Below, in pieces: positions 38,131-51,800 of a stretch of 64,000 nucleotides of DNA. The notes below the pieces were generated by a model that saw only the letters and a list, made by a program, of their open reading frames with translations, was not told the origin of the DNA and searched no databases. Source of the DNA: Lenisia limosa (taxonomy: Eukaryota > Protista > Breviatea); NCBI GenBank assembly GCA_001655205.1, contig LPNZ01008925.1, positions 16,293-80,292 on the forward strand, read 5' to 3'. Position 1 is the first letter of the stretch, and each line of letters opens with the position of its first letter. A program made the position numbers and the translations under genes.

Positions 38131-38686
38131 GTGATTAGCCATTAATACACATAGCTCGGAATTCAGTATTGAAAGATAAAATAGGGTACGTTGCTTTCCT
38201 CAATTGCATTTATGAGCCTTATTTGGATGGCCACAGGGGGTTTGAAATGTTGGAACCAAAAAAAATTCGACGACTGTACCTCAAGAAAAGGTGTTAGAGG
38301 AGGCTAATAATTGAACTGATTTTGGGAGATTTATGAAGAAAAGTCGAAATAGTCCAACCGCGGCCAAGAACCACAATCAGTCCGATTTCCGATACTTCTT
38401 GGTAATAATCGAACAAAAGAAGAAGAATGAGAAATTGAATCATTTCAATTACTTTTACTCGGCTAGGCTGGAGTTAAAACCTTGTTTGTGAAAAACGGTG
38501 TTTTGGTTACCATATCATTCCAAACAAAGACTCGAAGATTCGAACAACCCAAAAACTCTGATGCACATCTCGCTTTAAAATAATAAATATATAAATATAT
38601 TGTGGACAGAGTGACCGCCTTGGAGTGAAACCAGGAACTAAGTAAACCAAAGAAAAAGAAAGAAATAAACCTCACAACATACACCT

Positions 38687-41600
38687 CTAATGACACGGCT
38701 CCTCCACCACCTCCACATTGGGGTCGTCTATACTGTTGGCAAGATGAAACACCACAACTTCCCCCGCCAGTGCCTTGACCACCGCCGGTTGTTGGAGGGT
38801 GGAGTGTTTGGCCTGAGGTGTTAACAATTTCACATTGTTACAGGAGATTACCTGGGAAACCTCTTTCCGAGCTCGGACACGTCGATTGTGTTCCTCCCGT
38901 GCTGCGGTGTGGCTTTCCTCTATCGCCGCATCTTGAGTGTAACAACAGGTACAAAAGTGCGACACCCACTCCATCGGTCAACTTGGTATTGGCTTCTGTC
39001 TGTGCTTGCTTTGTTGATGTCGCGATATGTTGAGTAGCCTGCAAGGCTAAAACGTAAGCTTTCGGCAGTCTCAACGTACTCTGCATGGGTCTGTTTGGAG
39101 AGAGTCACAAGGGACGTCTTCCTATCTCGGTCTAATGCATGCCGTCTGAAATATCAACCCTTATTGTTTTCCAATCATGTCTGTTACAAATCTCACTTAA
39201 GATAATGGGCGACCAAAGGTGAATGGCCGAAGCAGTTGAAGAACTCTCTTGAAGCTCTTGGTGTACGCACACACACGGCAGACTAAACCATGATGGGGAA
39301 ACTACAATTCAAAACGAACCTCGACTTTTCGACGCCCAACATCGTACAACCGAATCAGTGCTGAGTCCGACACAGCAACCGGCAAACCAACGCCGTCCTC
39401 TTTGACAACAGGAAGGTCATCCGCGGCAGCTGGCACAACAATCTGCACATGTAAGGAGCCGTAATCCCCACAAGTCGTACCTGGGGGGGTGTTGCTTCCT
39501 TTGGCCGTGATATTGAATGCCCTGTTCCTGGTCGTTTGCTCTGGCGTGACGTGCTCCTCAAACTTCGTAACGAAGGCGTGCGGCCTTCTGTGGCAAACGA
39601 CATGGAGCCTGACTCAATATCATATAGAAGGCTTGCAAGGGGGTCGTCACGTCGACTGAGTCGTTGTCTCCGCCTTTGACTGTTGAAAACATCGCCCATT
39701 CCAAGGGAAGACACCAGTGCCTCTTCTACATCATTGTTGTTCTGGATGTGAGAGGACAGGAGCTGTAACAAACCTTCGCTCTTCCCATATAGGGACCCGA
39801 CCCTTGATCATGATGTGAGTCACGTGACCTGGTGGCGGTCAGATTGCAACAAATAAACACAAACCAGTCTCTTCGCATCCGTGGTTCCTCCTGGTACACC
39901 GGCATTGAGGACGGAGCGTTGCCGAGTCGCATCATCAGGCGGTCGCGCACTCTTCCCCGCGGCGCGTGCATGCTCTGTTGGCTGGCGTCTGATGAGTTGT
40001 TTCTTCGCAGAGGGAAAGACCCACCCGGTTGGCCCTACAGAATGGAAAGTGAAACAGGCTTAACAGTTTATTTCATTTTGAATTAAAAGTGATTGTTTAA
40101 ACATCCTGGATTAGTATTGATTAAACCCATCCTTTCTTACAGTTGCTAGTGTAATTTTCATCCAAATTTAAGAACACACTACCAAAACGAAGCCGCGCAA
40201 ACCTGAGATGCTACAGACACATTGCGTTGCAAAGGATAAATGGGGGGAAGGGACGTACGAGGAGATGTGATTCTAAAAGGTCATCTAACGGTTCACCATG
40301 AGCAAGCGAGAACCCCACAAACACAGCACTACTATCCTGAAGAGCCGCCCTGGCTGACGGCTGACGGAGCCGCGTGGTGGCCGGACCAGACCGATGTGCC
40401 GATGTGCCAGCATTGACAGTCTAAGGATAAGCACTAAAAGAAAGCCCCTCACAGGTCCTTGCTGGGCAGTCAGTCGTCTGGATAATGTTGGCATCAGTTC
40501 TTGAAGAGGCCAGTCAATCCAGTATGGCGAGGATGGGACGACACCTTCCTCGTCAACAATTATCATCGTGTATACATATACTATATGTAATATGTATATC
40601 ATATCTTGTGATATCATATCATATGGTAATAATTAACCACTAAACAAGGAACAAGTGATACAAAATAGATCGAAGAGTTCTCACCAGTTGTCCATTCGAA
40701 AATGGTGATTGAAAGATTTTCTCTGAACTCTGTTCCAAATCCCTTTAATGACTTCGGAAATGCCATGCAAAAACAGCAGAAAATAGCTTGAGACAGAGCG
40801 TCCGCATATCGCTGAAGAACCATAAAGACTAGCAGTGCTTACCAGTAAGAAACTGTCTTTAACATGAGCTGGCAGTGACAAAAATAAACTGACAAAATTA
40901 TCTGATATTCTGCCATATAAGTTATTACTGTCAACTGTGGCATCTTGGGTTTTCCCTGATCTGAAATTTGAGTCAAGCTTTCAAAGAAAATCTAGGGCCC
41001 TTACCGAGAATGTATGAGAAACCACCACCAAAAAGAGTCCAGCAGAACGTTGACTGAAGGCTAAACAGTAAACAGACCGAACAGCCCACCTTAGACGAGA
41101 AGGCCTTGAAGAATGAAGAGGATGTGGAGAGCCTCATCGCGTTCGAAACGGTTTTCATAATCTTAAAAAAAAGTCAATGAAAAGGTTGTGCAATTGCACT
41201 ACAATCACATTATAGTGTCCCAGACCCAAACCTGTGTTGGTTCCAGAGACGAAGGGAGTGGGGTGATATGGTCGGCAATGAAGCCGGGGTACGTGGCAAC
41301 CTCGAACATTGTCGCTGGCGCTGCAGTGTGTGCAGGCTGTGTTGGCTCCTGGGTGGTAACGCCACGTTATGCAGCATAGAGAGGGATACTGACTTAGTAT
41401 TACATCAAACAAAAATAATCACTCCTATTTGTTAATTTTCATTTCATAGGCCGCAAACCGGGGTGATTTTGTTGAGCTGAAGAGGTGGAACCACTGTGCT
41501 CTTTGGGGGCGAAGAAGAACTTTCTCTGACCTCCGTGAGGAACACTGCAGGGTGAGCATCTATGAGGCGTTCTTACGCTTTGTTTCGTCATCCATGTCTT

Positions 41601-42060
41601 CGAAGGACGTGATTGGACCTTCAATGTGGCTCAACGACGGGCCAAGACTGTTGTTGTACGACTCGAGTCTCGTCTCCAATTCCGCTATTGTGTTGGATAA
41701 CTCCGCAACAGCCTCTTCTGTCAAAGCTAAAAAGGTTATAAAGAATAGGCAGAATGAAAACCAACGCTGGTCCTCAGGCTTGGAACAAGCAGTTCGTTCC
41801 TCAGCCTCGTTCATGACATCGTCGGCAGTAATGTCAACAACCGTCGCATCTTCAAGGCTAATTTCAGGCCAATTTTGACTTTGTGTATAGTCTTCGGTCT
41901 TCATGGATGATGCAGTCGATATTTCAGACTGCGGAGCGCTATGAACACTGGAGAGAGGGCGAGTGCAAGAGTATTGGTTAGAAGGGCGTGGCATGCTAGG
42001 TGGGCGAGGTGTCATGGAAGCTGTTTCACCTGAAGTGGTAGTACTCTCTCTATAGCGCAT
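38687..42060 (-). CDS. FAM227: FAM227-family (FWWh domain) protein
   Basis: Spliced FFKAFSSK/PSVNVLLDSFWWWFLIHS..NLYGRISDNFVSLFLSLPAHVKDSFLL/RYADALSQAIFCCFCMAFPKSLKGFGTEFRENLSITIFEWTTG matches the FWWh domain. Ser-rich flanks; the interval could be two genes. Confidence 0.75.
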
Positions 42061-42822
42061 GATTTCAAGAGGAACAAAGAAGACTGCTGATATCCAAGAT
42101 TTGGTCAAAAAGAAGAGTCACATTTCGCAGTTCTACTAACTACGACATTATTCCTCCTTATTATTTATTCTTTGATATATTAACTGATGTATTAATGTAT
42201 TATATTTTAGTGATTATTTATATAATGAAATGGGTGAAGGGCGAGAAAAAGCAAGAAAACCAGGTAGCCCGAAAATATTTGATAGATTTTCTCGAGCCGC
42301 GCCGCCCCCAAATGCGAAAAGCCACACACAACAGACACACAACGGTTATATCAAATATTGCGGTACTGCGCTGACGGGACCCCAAGGAGCTGACTTCCAA
42401 ACCAGTTCCAAATTTCAAGTGGTTTATACCCCCTTGCCCCCCCCCCCCTCCCAACNNNNNNNNNNNNNNNNNNNNNNNNNNNNNNNNNNNNNNNNNNNNN
42501 NNNNNNNNNNNNNNNNNNNNNNNNNNNNNNNNNNNNNNNNNNNNNNNNNNNNNNNNNNNNNNNNNNNNNNNNNNNNNNNNNNNNNNNNNNNNNNNNNNNN
42601 NNNNNCATTCTTTCCCCTTTCCCTATTTTCCCCCAATGATACAACTAAGATATTACTAAGATACTGAGACTCCAACCTTGAGAACCTTGTTCTAATGCAA
42701 CTTTATGTAACTATGTGATAATCAAATGATTGGCATTGAATTAACTGCCAGAGTTTCCACTGCCAAAGTCAAGGTACCTTTTGGGAAATAGTAGGGGATT
42801 TATTAGAGAGAAAAGACAAAGA

Positions 42823-45800
42823 TTAATTTCCAAGAATTGCTTTAACATCCACACGGAAGGTGTTACACAGAGAGCTGAACTTATCACGAGAGGTCCTAAA
42901 TGATCAGAACCTATTGTGAGCCTAAAAAGAAAAACATGAGTAAAGTGAAGAGCTTACGCGTCCAGGGTTTTCTTGACATCAGTAAGTGCCTCGAAGGCCT
43001 TCATAAGGGCTTCTTGGCGTTCAACAGCCTGATAAATAAGAAAAACAATAGGTGAGGTGTGTGTGTGTGGGGGGGGGTGAAACATAGCAAGGCAAAGAAG
43101 ACTTACTTGTGATCTAATGATCTCTTCACGGAGAATTACATATGCCTGCTCGTTGGTGAGGAGGAGAACAAAGAGGGGTCTACTAAGACTCCATTGGTTG
43201 GGCCAATCTTCAAAGATCACAGCGGTGAGGATGGTCTTCAGAATCAGTCCAAACTGCTCTGACTGACTATTGAACACTACAATGTCAACTTGGGTCGTAG
43301 GAGGCCTTACGTTCAATCAACACAGTGTTGTTCTTCTTTAGGGCATTGTATCTCTGAACACAAATATGCTCGAGAGCCGTACAGCAAAGGGATGAGATCG
43401 AGACGGCCACACTCTTGAGGCCATCGTGGACAACTTGCAGGATGGAGGGAAGAATCTGGATAATCAGAGGATGAGGGAGAGGGGGGGGGGGGCACAAACC
43501 TGANNNNNNNNNNNNNNNNNNNNNNNNNNNNNNNNNNNNNNNNNNNNNNNNNNNNNNNNNNNNNNNNNNNNNNNNNNNNNNNNNNNNNNNNNNNNNNNNN
43601 NNNNNNNNGACACTGTCAATAACGTCAAAGAAGGACTTGGAGAGTTTCGGGTACGACTGTAGTGTGAGAAGGAGGAAATTGAGAAAAAAAAAGAAGCACA
43701 AAAAAAAAGTTGTGGATCACCAACCATTAATTCATTCCTTGGAATGGAAAAGGCCAATCCGAGCACAACCTCCAGCGCCTGAGTCAGAGCAGGGTCTTGA
43801 TAAAGCTCAAAGACACCTAAATGTTGTGAGGATAAGATAATAGTTAACAATGATACCATTCTTCTAACTATATGTACACATACCGAAATTGCAGTAGTTG
43901 CCACCAAGTGAGTAATGGAGAATCTAGACGGTCACTTAGCATGTGCATATGAAATATATATTATTGAAAGAAGAGATATGAAGGAATGAGGACATACGAG
44001 AAGGAAGGAGTGAATCAACTTGTAGCGGTCCTTCCAGGGGTCATTTCGAGGAGGCAGGGTGACGAGACGAGATCCTGATAATAAGGGATTTTTATGAAAG
44101 AATTTGGCTCAAATGTTTTCTGAACGAATCTGTCCTTGCATGATCTCCCAAAGTAATACAAACAATAGCTCTAAAGAACTGTCTGTGGCTTACCAAGTGT
44201 TTTGAGGAGGAGGGAAGTGTGTTTGAAGAGAAGAAGCCCATTTGCAGACGAGGAGTCAAATGTTAAGCGCTGGGGGGAAGGAAATTTCGATGAAGAATAT
44301 TGGCGTAAATATACTAATCACGAACCGAAAAATCTGAAACTCCAAACAAACAAAAAACAAGCAATAACAAACAAACACGAGCAAGGGGGTAAACACGACT
44401 TCTTGACTTTCACTTACCTGATTCCTGTTTTGTACAAACTCGGACCAGAACTTCAGGACGATGTTGATCAATTCAGGACAGTCGAACCACAGTTCAACAA
44501 CCTAAGAATAAGAGAAATTTACAGGATGAATAGAAAGGTCAGCACCAAGACTAAAGCAAACCTTGATAATCAAGTCTTTGATACGCTCATACACCCTGAA
44601 ATATGAGGTCAACTCTTGAAACGAAACCCTACCATTCGAAGAAGATGGTATACGGCTTGCGCTGGCTGCACGCTGAGGCAATACCACGGAGGTCTCTGAA
44701 CATTCCCATAAGGACAAGCTGAAAAGGTGAGGACACGGTGGATTGGTTTTTGCCATTGTTTTGACATACCTTGGTGGAATCGGCTCGGAATGTCTCGGCA
44801 GAGGGAAGTGAGTTTAGGTAATGGAAGGTCTAGAGTTGTTAGGTTTGAGGTTTGTCTTTTCCCTATGAACTTTTGTGCACCATTATTTCACTAGTCAAAT
44901 GGAAAAAAATATTGACTTTGTTGGCTTTCAAGGGATAGAGCCCCTAAGCCCCCACGTTGGCATTGTTTTCAAAAATCCTTAACTATAAACATGGTTGAAA
45001 GGAGGATTGGATAGGGCTTCCCTACGATCCCAAAAAAGACTGAGTGTATCGATATATCCTCGATTGGGTGAATTAATATGACACTATAATACAATATCTC
45101 TTATGAGCGTGATGGGGTGGACGAGTTCTATTTATTAAATAGTTGTCTATCACCAAACCCGTATCCAAACAACATCTACACTTGTATTGAGCTTTTCGCA
45201 AAAGCCTTTCATTCTAATCTTGTTTGTAACCCCCCCCCCCTCTCAACAGTCTTTTTTATGAGACAAAAAAATAGAATTCCAAACATTGTGAAAAATCCTA
45301 AAAAGCCCTATTTGCTTTTTTTTGCTTTTGACCTGAAAACCCCAAGACCCACTTTTTCGAAGGGAATCATAAACTCATTGAAACGGTCTTCCCAGTCATC
45401 AGGGGTCTGAAAGTTACACCCGCCCTTTCCAGAAAAAAGACCTACCATAAAAAGGAGTTTGACAAGAGTGCTGTAGAAAATGGTGCGAGATTTAAAGTTA
45501 CCCGGGGATTCCTGGAAGGAGAAGGTGTCTTTCTGAATGCGTTAGTAGAATGAGACCAAGTTGCACCATACAGAGTGGTTTTTGAGGATGAACTGAACTG
45601 TTTCAACTTTAGTCATGTGGCGTGACGTTGAGTATCCAGAAGTCAATTCTTGGAAGAGTTGCAAGGTTGCTGTTGAGTCAGAAAAACAAACAGAACAATC
45701 AAAAAGATGAAACTCGTCTTACATTCAATGATAGAAGGGTCAGTCCAGTAGCGAAGATTGTTCGTGCTAAGGAGGTGAAAAGGGATGGTTGCTGGTATTA

Positions 45801-48800
45801 AGACCCAGCTACTTACATGTTATGTACCATGAGGTTTAGAACACCAATGTGGTTGGGGATTCCAACCATATCCTGAAGAACTTCAAAGGCCTAATCCTTT
45901 AGACAAACTAAGAGATAGAGACCAAAAGGTAAAAACTGACCTTGGACTGTGTCAAGCTATGGTCTCCAATGTAAATCTGAAAATATAAAAACGATTGTTG
46001 CGATACCCTTGAGAGAGAAAATGGCAAACCTTCTTGAAAGACTTGTAAAAATGGACGAAGGCATTTTCCAAGAGGAGAGAGCATCCGTTACAGCCGTGTT
46101 GCGTGAGCCTGGCCTCGTGCCATTGCTGAAGAGCAATTACGCGGCCTGTCAATTGTCCATCCAATCTGTCTCCCTCTTCTGAAGCGTTCATGCCAAGACG
46201 TCCCTCAATGATGGAAGCCATAATGTGCACAAGCCTGTCGTGGTCAGCCCAAGTTCATAGCGGGGTTAGGGGTTGCAGTATTATATTCAATCCTAAGGGG
46301 GGCTAACCATGTAACTTGACCTTCAAGAATTTTCAATTTTCTGAAGAGACCAGGGTTAACCGCTGCTGCTTCACTGCATTCCTAAATAAGATGAGAACCG
46401 CCTCTGGTGGAGGTAGGTGGTTTTTTTAAATGGTGTTTTCAATTTCGTACAGTGCAAATATTGTTGAAACCAACGTGTAAACCACAAAAATAAGTATACC
46501 TTGAACTGGCTGGCCACAGGATCGAAATACTGCATAATGAAGTCCGCGGTGACTTTGTACTCGCAACGTCCGATACTGCAGAGTTATTAGCGAACTAGGA
46601 GGAGTATATGTACATAATATATACTAAAGTACGGGTACCTAAAGTCGAGACAAGTGAAAATGTAAAGCTGTCAATTGTGATCATTTCCTCTGCTGTAAGG
46701 AAAGCTGCGTGGTCGTAAAGACAAAACAAATCAAAACTATATATTTTGGTGTGATTGAAAGCGAGGTGCATCGAACTTTCTGGGTTTGAGTCTTGCAAAA
46801 GTGTGTTTTGTTGAAAAGAAAAGAAGTGATATCGAAGAAAAAAAAGGGGTCATCCGGGGATCGATCCCGGGACCTCTCGCACCCTAAGCGAGAATCATAC
46901 CACTAGACCAACAACCCTCACAAAGACACAGCGATCAAATTCACTCCCGATGCTAGTTTTTCTTCAATTTCACAAAAAATTTTATATCTTATGTGAGGAA
47001 ACCCATAAAACGGTTTGCACTTCAAGTGCCCAGATCACCCGCCGCGTCACCACAGAAGTAATCACCATCCCGCCGCCTCGCTCTAGTCTGTTTACCCGCC
47101 GCCCCGCTCCAGAAGAGATCACCCTCCCTCCAGTCCGTCCCCGTTCACTCCGCCGCCGCTCTCCTACGTATCTTTTTTATCTTTGTTTTTAAACATTTTT
47201 TGTCCTTTCAAAAAAGGTCGTTTATTGTTATTTCAAAATGTCGTTAACTGAGTGTTTTTCGATAAATACATTTCTTTTCCTTTCAAAAGTCGTCTCACCG
47301 GTCTATGACACCTGCTATCGTCTCCGGGTCTGATCCTCAGTTTGTTGTCACCTTCGTCCCCGAGTCCCATCTCCCCTTCGATGTCTCCCTCTCTGTCTCC
47401 GGAGCGCCCTAAGCTCGACCGCCGCCGTCGTCGCCCACACACTCCGCTCGACTTCGACTTCNNNNNNNNNNGCCGCCCCCGTCATCTCCAGTGCTCTGAC
47501 TATGGATCCCGTCATTACCTTCCGCGGCCATGTCTGCCCTTCCCAGGGCCTTCTGCCTTGGTCACGCTTCCAGGACAGCGGAAGCTCACAGCCACCGGCT
47601 CCATTTGAGCCTAATGAGGGACCACATCCCCCACCCTATCAAGAACGAGAAGTGCTATGCCAACCACACCTTACCCCCTGACATGAAGAAGGGCCTGGGA
47701 AGCAAGCGAACTCCAACATGGAAGCGGGAGAAGATGCGCCTCCGGATCCTCAGTGACTATTTACCCACCAGACGTTGGTGGGCCGCTATCCACCCAGACA
47801 CTACACTGCCCTCTGTGCCCAGCTCCATCTCCTCCACACCAGGAATCTCTCCGCCACCTGCTCTCCGTTTGCCAACATCCAACAATGGTCNNNNNNNNNN
47901 TTGGAAGCGGGAGAAGATGCGCGTCCGGATCCTCAGTGGCTCCTTACCCACCAGTCGTTGGTAGGCCGCTATCCACCCTGCCACCCCCATCACCTCCAAT
48001 TCCTCGACCTCTTCCGCGCCGCCTCCGACCCCGTACACCCACAGACTTCGACTTCGACATCGCCAGGGGGGTCATTTCGGGTAACCTCACCACAAACCCG
48101 ACTATGACCTTCCTTGGCCCCACATGTCCGTCGTTCCTGGCGTACCTCAACTCCCACCACTAACCTCACTTCGTCTTCCAACCTCAACCATAACCACCCT
48201 ATAGCCTCCACCTATTCGATTTACAACAATTGAATACCTCCCTGTTACATTATTATGTGATAAGTGAAACCCGTAAAACGGTTTGCACTCGAAGTGCCCA
48301 GGTGGCTCCATCTTCCGAATCTAGTCCTCTCTCATCATCATTGTATTTTTTGTCTAGTTTCGTTTCTCTTTTCTTCTTTTATAAATAAACGTTTTTCTAC
48401 ACTTGCAAAAAAAAAATGCAACTATGGAAACTAAGGATTAAGTTGGTCCCGGAGGGAACTGGCCCACCTGTTTCTTAACCTTCCTCCACCTCNNNNNNNN
48501 NNNNNNNNNNNNNNNNNNNNNNNNNNNNNNNNNNNNNNNNNNNNNNNNNNNNNNNNNNNNNNNNNNNNNNNNNNNNNNNTCCTCCCCCCACTACACCTTC
48601 TCGGCGCCCCCGAGGAACTACTCTTCATACTCAGGAATTAAACCACCTTCTCTGAAGAGAGCCTGTCAAAGGGCAAGCAGCAGGAGTGGGCTACTCTTGC
48701 ACATGCACCCACCACATTGTACGTTTTCGTCTTTGTCTGAACTAGCCATGTTCCTTTTCGGATTCACATCTATGTGCTTCCGTTTACCCATTGGTGCTTA

Positions 48801-51800
48801 TTAGCACCCCCCCCCNNNNNNNNNNNNNNNNNNNNNNNNNNNNNNNNNNNNNNNNNNNNNNNNNNNNNNNNNNNNNNNNNNNNNNNNNNNNNNNNNNNNN
48901 NNNNNNNNNTCCTCTTTCTTCTATATTAATAAACGTTTCTACACTTGCAAAAAAAAAAAACTGTTACTGAATGTGTTTTTTTAATACATTTTCATAATTT
49001 GTCGGGAGGTTTTGGTCCCCCTTGGTATGCTGGTCCGCTGCCACCTCAGATTAATGTTTCTTTGATTTCCCTGTTTTTCTCTTCTTCTTGTTTACTGATA
49101 TTGTATTTTGTTTGTATGTGTTTTAATATGTTTTATTTATCTTTTCAAAAAAAAAAAATTTGGACCAGTTTTATACTGTTTTTTTTTAAGGGTTATTGTC
49201 AAAAATTTGGACCAGTGTTATACTGTTTCTTAAATTATTGTCAACTTTTCTCTTTCTTTGTCCTCTTTGTTCTTTGTACAGACTGTTTCCATCCCTTTTC
49301 CAATTAGTTGACTCAATACATGTCTTTGTAACCCAAATCATTGTTCTTTAAAAACTCGTGATCGGTAGCAACTTAGGAACCTTTGCCGTGTTTAACACGC
49401 AAGGTTTGGCGCATCTACAGACCTGGGCGACTTGCTCCCAGGACTGAACGCGAAGATGTTTGTTGTGGTCACCTGTGCTATTGGGGCGTGCAGTGGAGCA
49501 AGTGCACTCAGTAAATTGTCTTCCCATCTCAATCCTATCAATGTACAAAAGATTCTCTCATCCCCCTTTTCACTTTTTAATACATTTATCTTTTATTGTC
49601 CAAAAAACAACAACAACAAAAAAAGTTATTTACTGAATGTTTTTTCGATAAATACATTTTTTGTCCTTTCAAAATTATTTCGTAGGGTTTAGGGTACCCC
49701 CAGTTTTTCTTGTTAACATTCCCGCGGCCGCCAACTAATTATGTTGTTTTCTTTTTCTCTTTGTCCTTTTGCCCCATTAACTGGTACTTTTATGTGTTTT
49801 GTGCTTTTTTCACTTTCAATATATTGTTCTATTTTTGTCCTTTCAAAATTTTTGTCTTTTTTTTAAAACCTGCTGATTATTTTTCGATTCAAGTAGTTCC
49901 TCAAGTAGCTAGCTAACCGATTTGATGTCCTCCTGTTTCTGTCGTTTTTTGTGGATGTTTCTTTCGTGTAGTCAACCGCTGGATCTCTATGATCCTAGTT
50001 TCAATGGAGACTTTACTGCAAAAAAATCGAAAACATATTTTCAAAAAAAAAATATTACGGTATAGATTATAGTAACTATCAAGGCCAAAATCTTGATTTT
50101 TAATAGTATATCATAAATAGTATCTCTTGTTAATTTTTTTTTAAACCGTGGAACTTGGCGACGATAATAGTCAGGACCATACAACAAAACGATATTTCAT
50201 TTGAGGGATGTCTGCAGAATCTTTAGCTTTTTTGCCGATTTGAGTGCGTAAAGTCGGGGGGGTTGCTAACACTTTTGGGGTTTAGATTTTTTTTTTTTTT
50301 TGAAGCAAATTCTCTTGAAATAGGAGAACTCCACAAACCTCTTTATAAAAACGATTTATTTTTAATTGAATGCAATACACTGAATTAAACTTTGAGACGT
50401 TTTGTACTCTGAGAGTCACACAGGTCTACAGATGCACCGACTTATTGGTTTGAGTATTTATACCCCTTCCCCATAATAAATCATAATACTTCCACTCCCA
50501 CGTTGCAAGACTCTTCAGTTGATCCAGAGTCAGCTGGTCAGCCTCAATCACTTCTTCTGAACAGATTAATCGTTTATTTTATCAATTTAATATGCTGCTA
50601 CCTAATAATCCAGAAAAGAAGGAAAGTGAAACCACCCCACCGTTGTTGTCAACCTCGGCCTCAACACCTGATAGCTTCGACATGACAAATGCCTTGGCAA
50701 CTTCAGGAGTGTATTGTTCCAACATGGAGGACCCAGAGGATGCTAAAAAAATTAAAGCAAATGAGTTGCGTGGGGTTATGATCAAAGCAAATGAGTTGTG
50801 TGGGGTTATGATCAAAGCAGTCATACCAACCTTTCAAATAAGTGATAGAGTTGACGAGTCGAGACCAAAGAGTCAAGAGGTAGTGCATTGAGTTACTGTT
50901 CGATAGTTCGGTGTTCTAAACAGTCAATACGATTTAACTGCTAATCAGAAACAAACCTGGAGTGCGTCCACAGTCAAATAGGCGATTCCCTCAATCCATG
51001 ACTTGTAGTTTTCCACTGAAACAAGTTCACTCAATTGATATACAGCCTTAAGCTTGGCAAGGAGGCGGCAGAATTCATGGAAGTTGGTCTCATCGCTCAG
51101 GCCTGGAAGGAATTAGAGAAAGAATCAAGTACAAAGTTAGTCCGTGTGACCAGTAACCCACCGGTCTTCTTGGCAAGGATGTTGTTCATTCCGTTGATCA
51201 TGCCAGTCAAGAAAGCGTTCCGATCATTATCTACCGAGTTAACAAGTGATCCTCCGAAAGAATTGAGAAAGCTATCCCTCACCGCTGGAGAAGAGAGATC
51301 GCCGAACAGAGGCGATTTGAACAAGGCACTCCATGGCCTGGCTCTGTCGGGGCATTTGGAGGTTGTCATACAGGAAAAAGAAAAGTTGCATAGTTTCGCT
51401 TGACTCAAACAGACTAGATAATGAGGGTAATCACAAGTTGCTCACTGTTTCCATGTTGATGGGATGTGAGAAGTAAGAAGATCATCAACAGATTCGTCAG
51501 GAGTGGATCCTAGAGCAGTGAAAACCACCCTCCAAAAAAGAAGATCATCTTCATGCAAACCAATAAAATCGAAATTGAGGCACTGGCGCGAGAGTTTGAG
51601 AGCACCTTCTAACATTTTGTCCTCAGCAGAACCTGTGGAGTTAAGCGGCATACACACACACACACACAAATCCAACCATGCGCTGAGTTTAGACCCGAAG
51701 GTCCAGAGGCGATTTGCTTCAAGATGTTCAGGCTGGTTGTGAACACCTCCAAAAGACTTTTGTCACGGAAGGCGATTGCCTGGTGGATGAGATCAAAAAT

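Noticed and set aside
49685-49696. Interstitial telomere-like GGGTTTAGGGT
   Set aside because: Barely more than one repeat unit, with no array.
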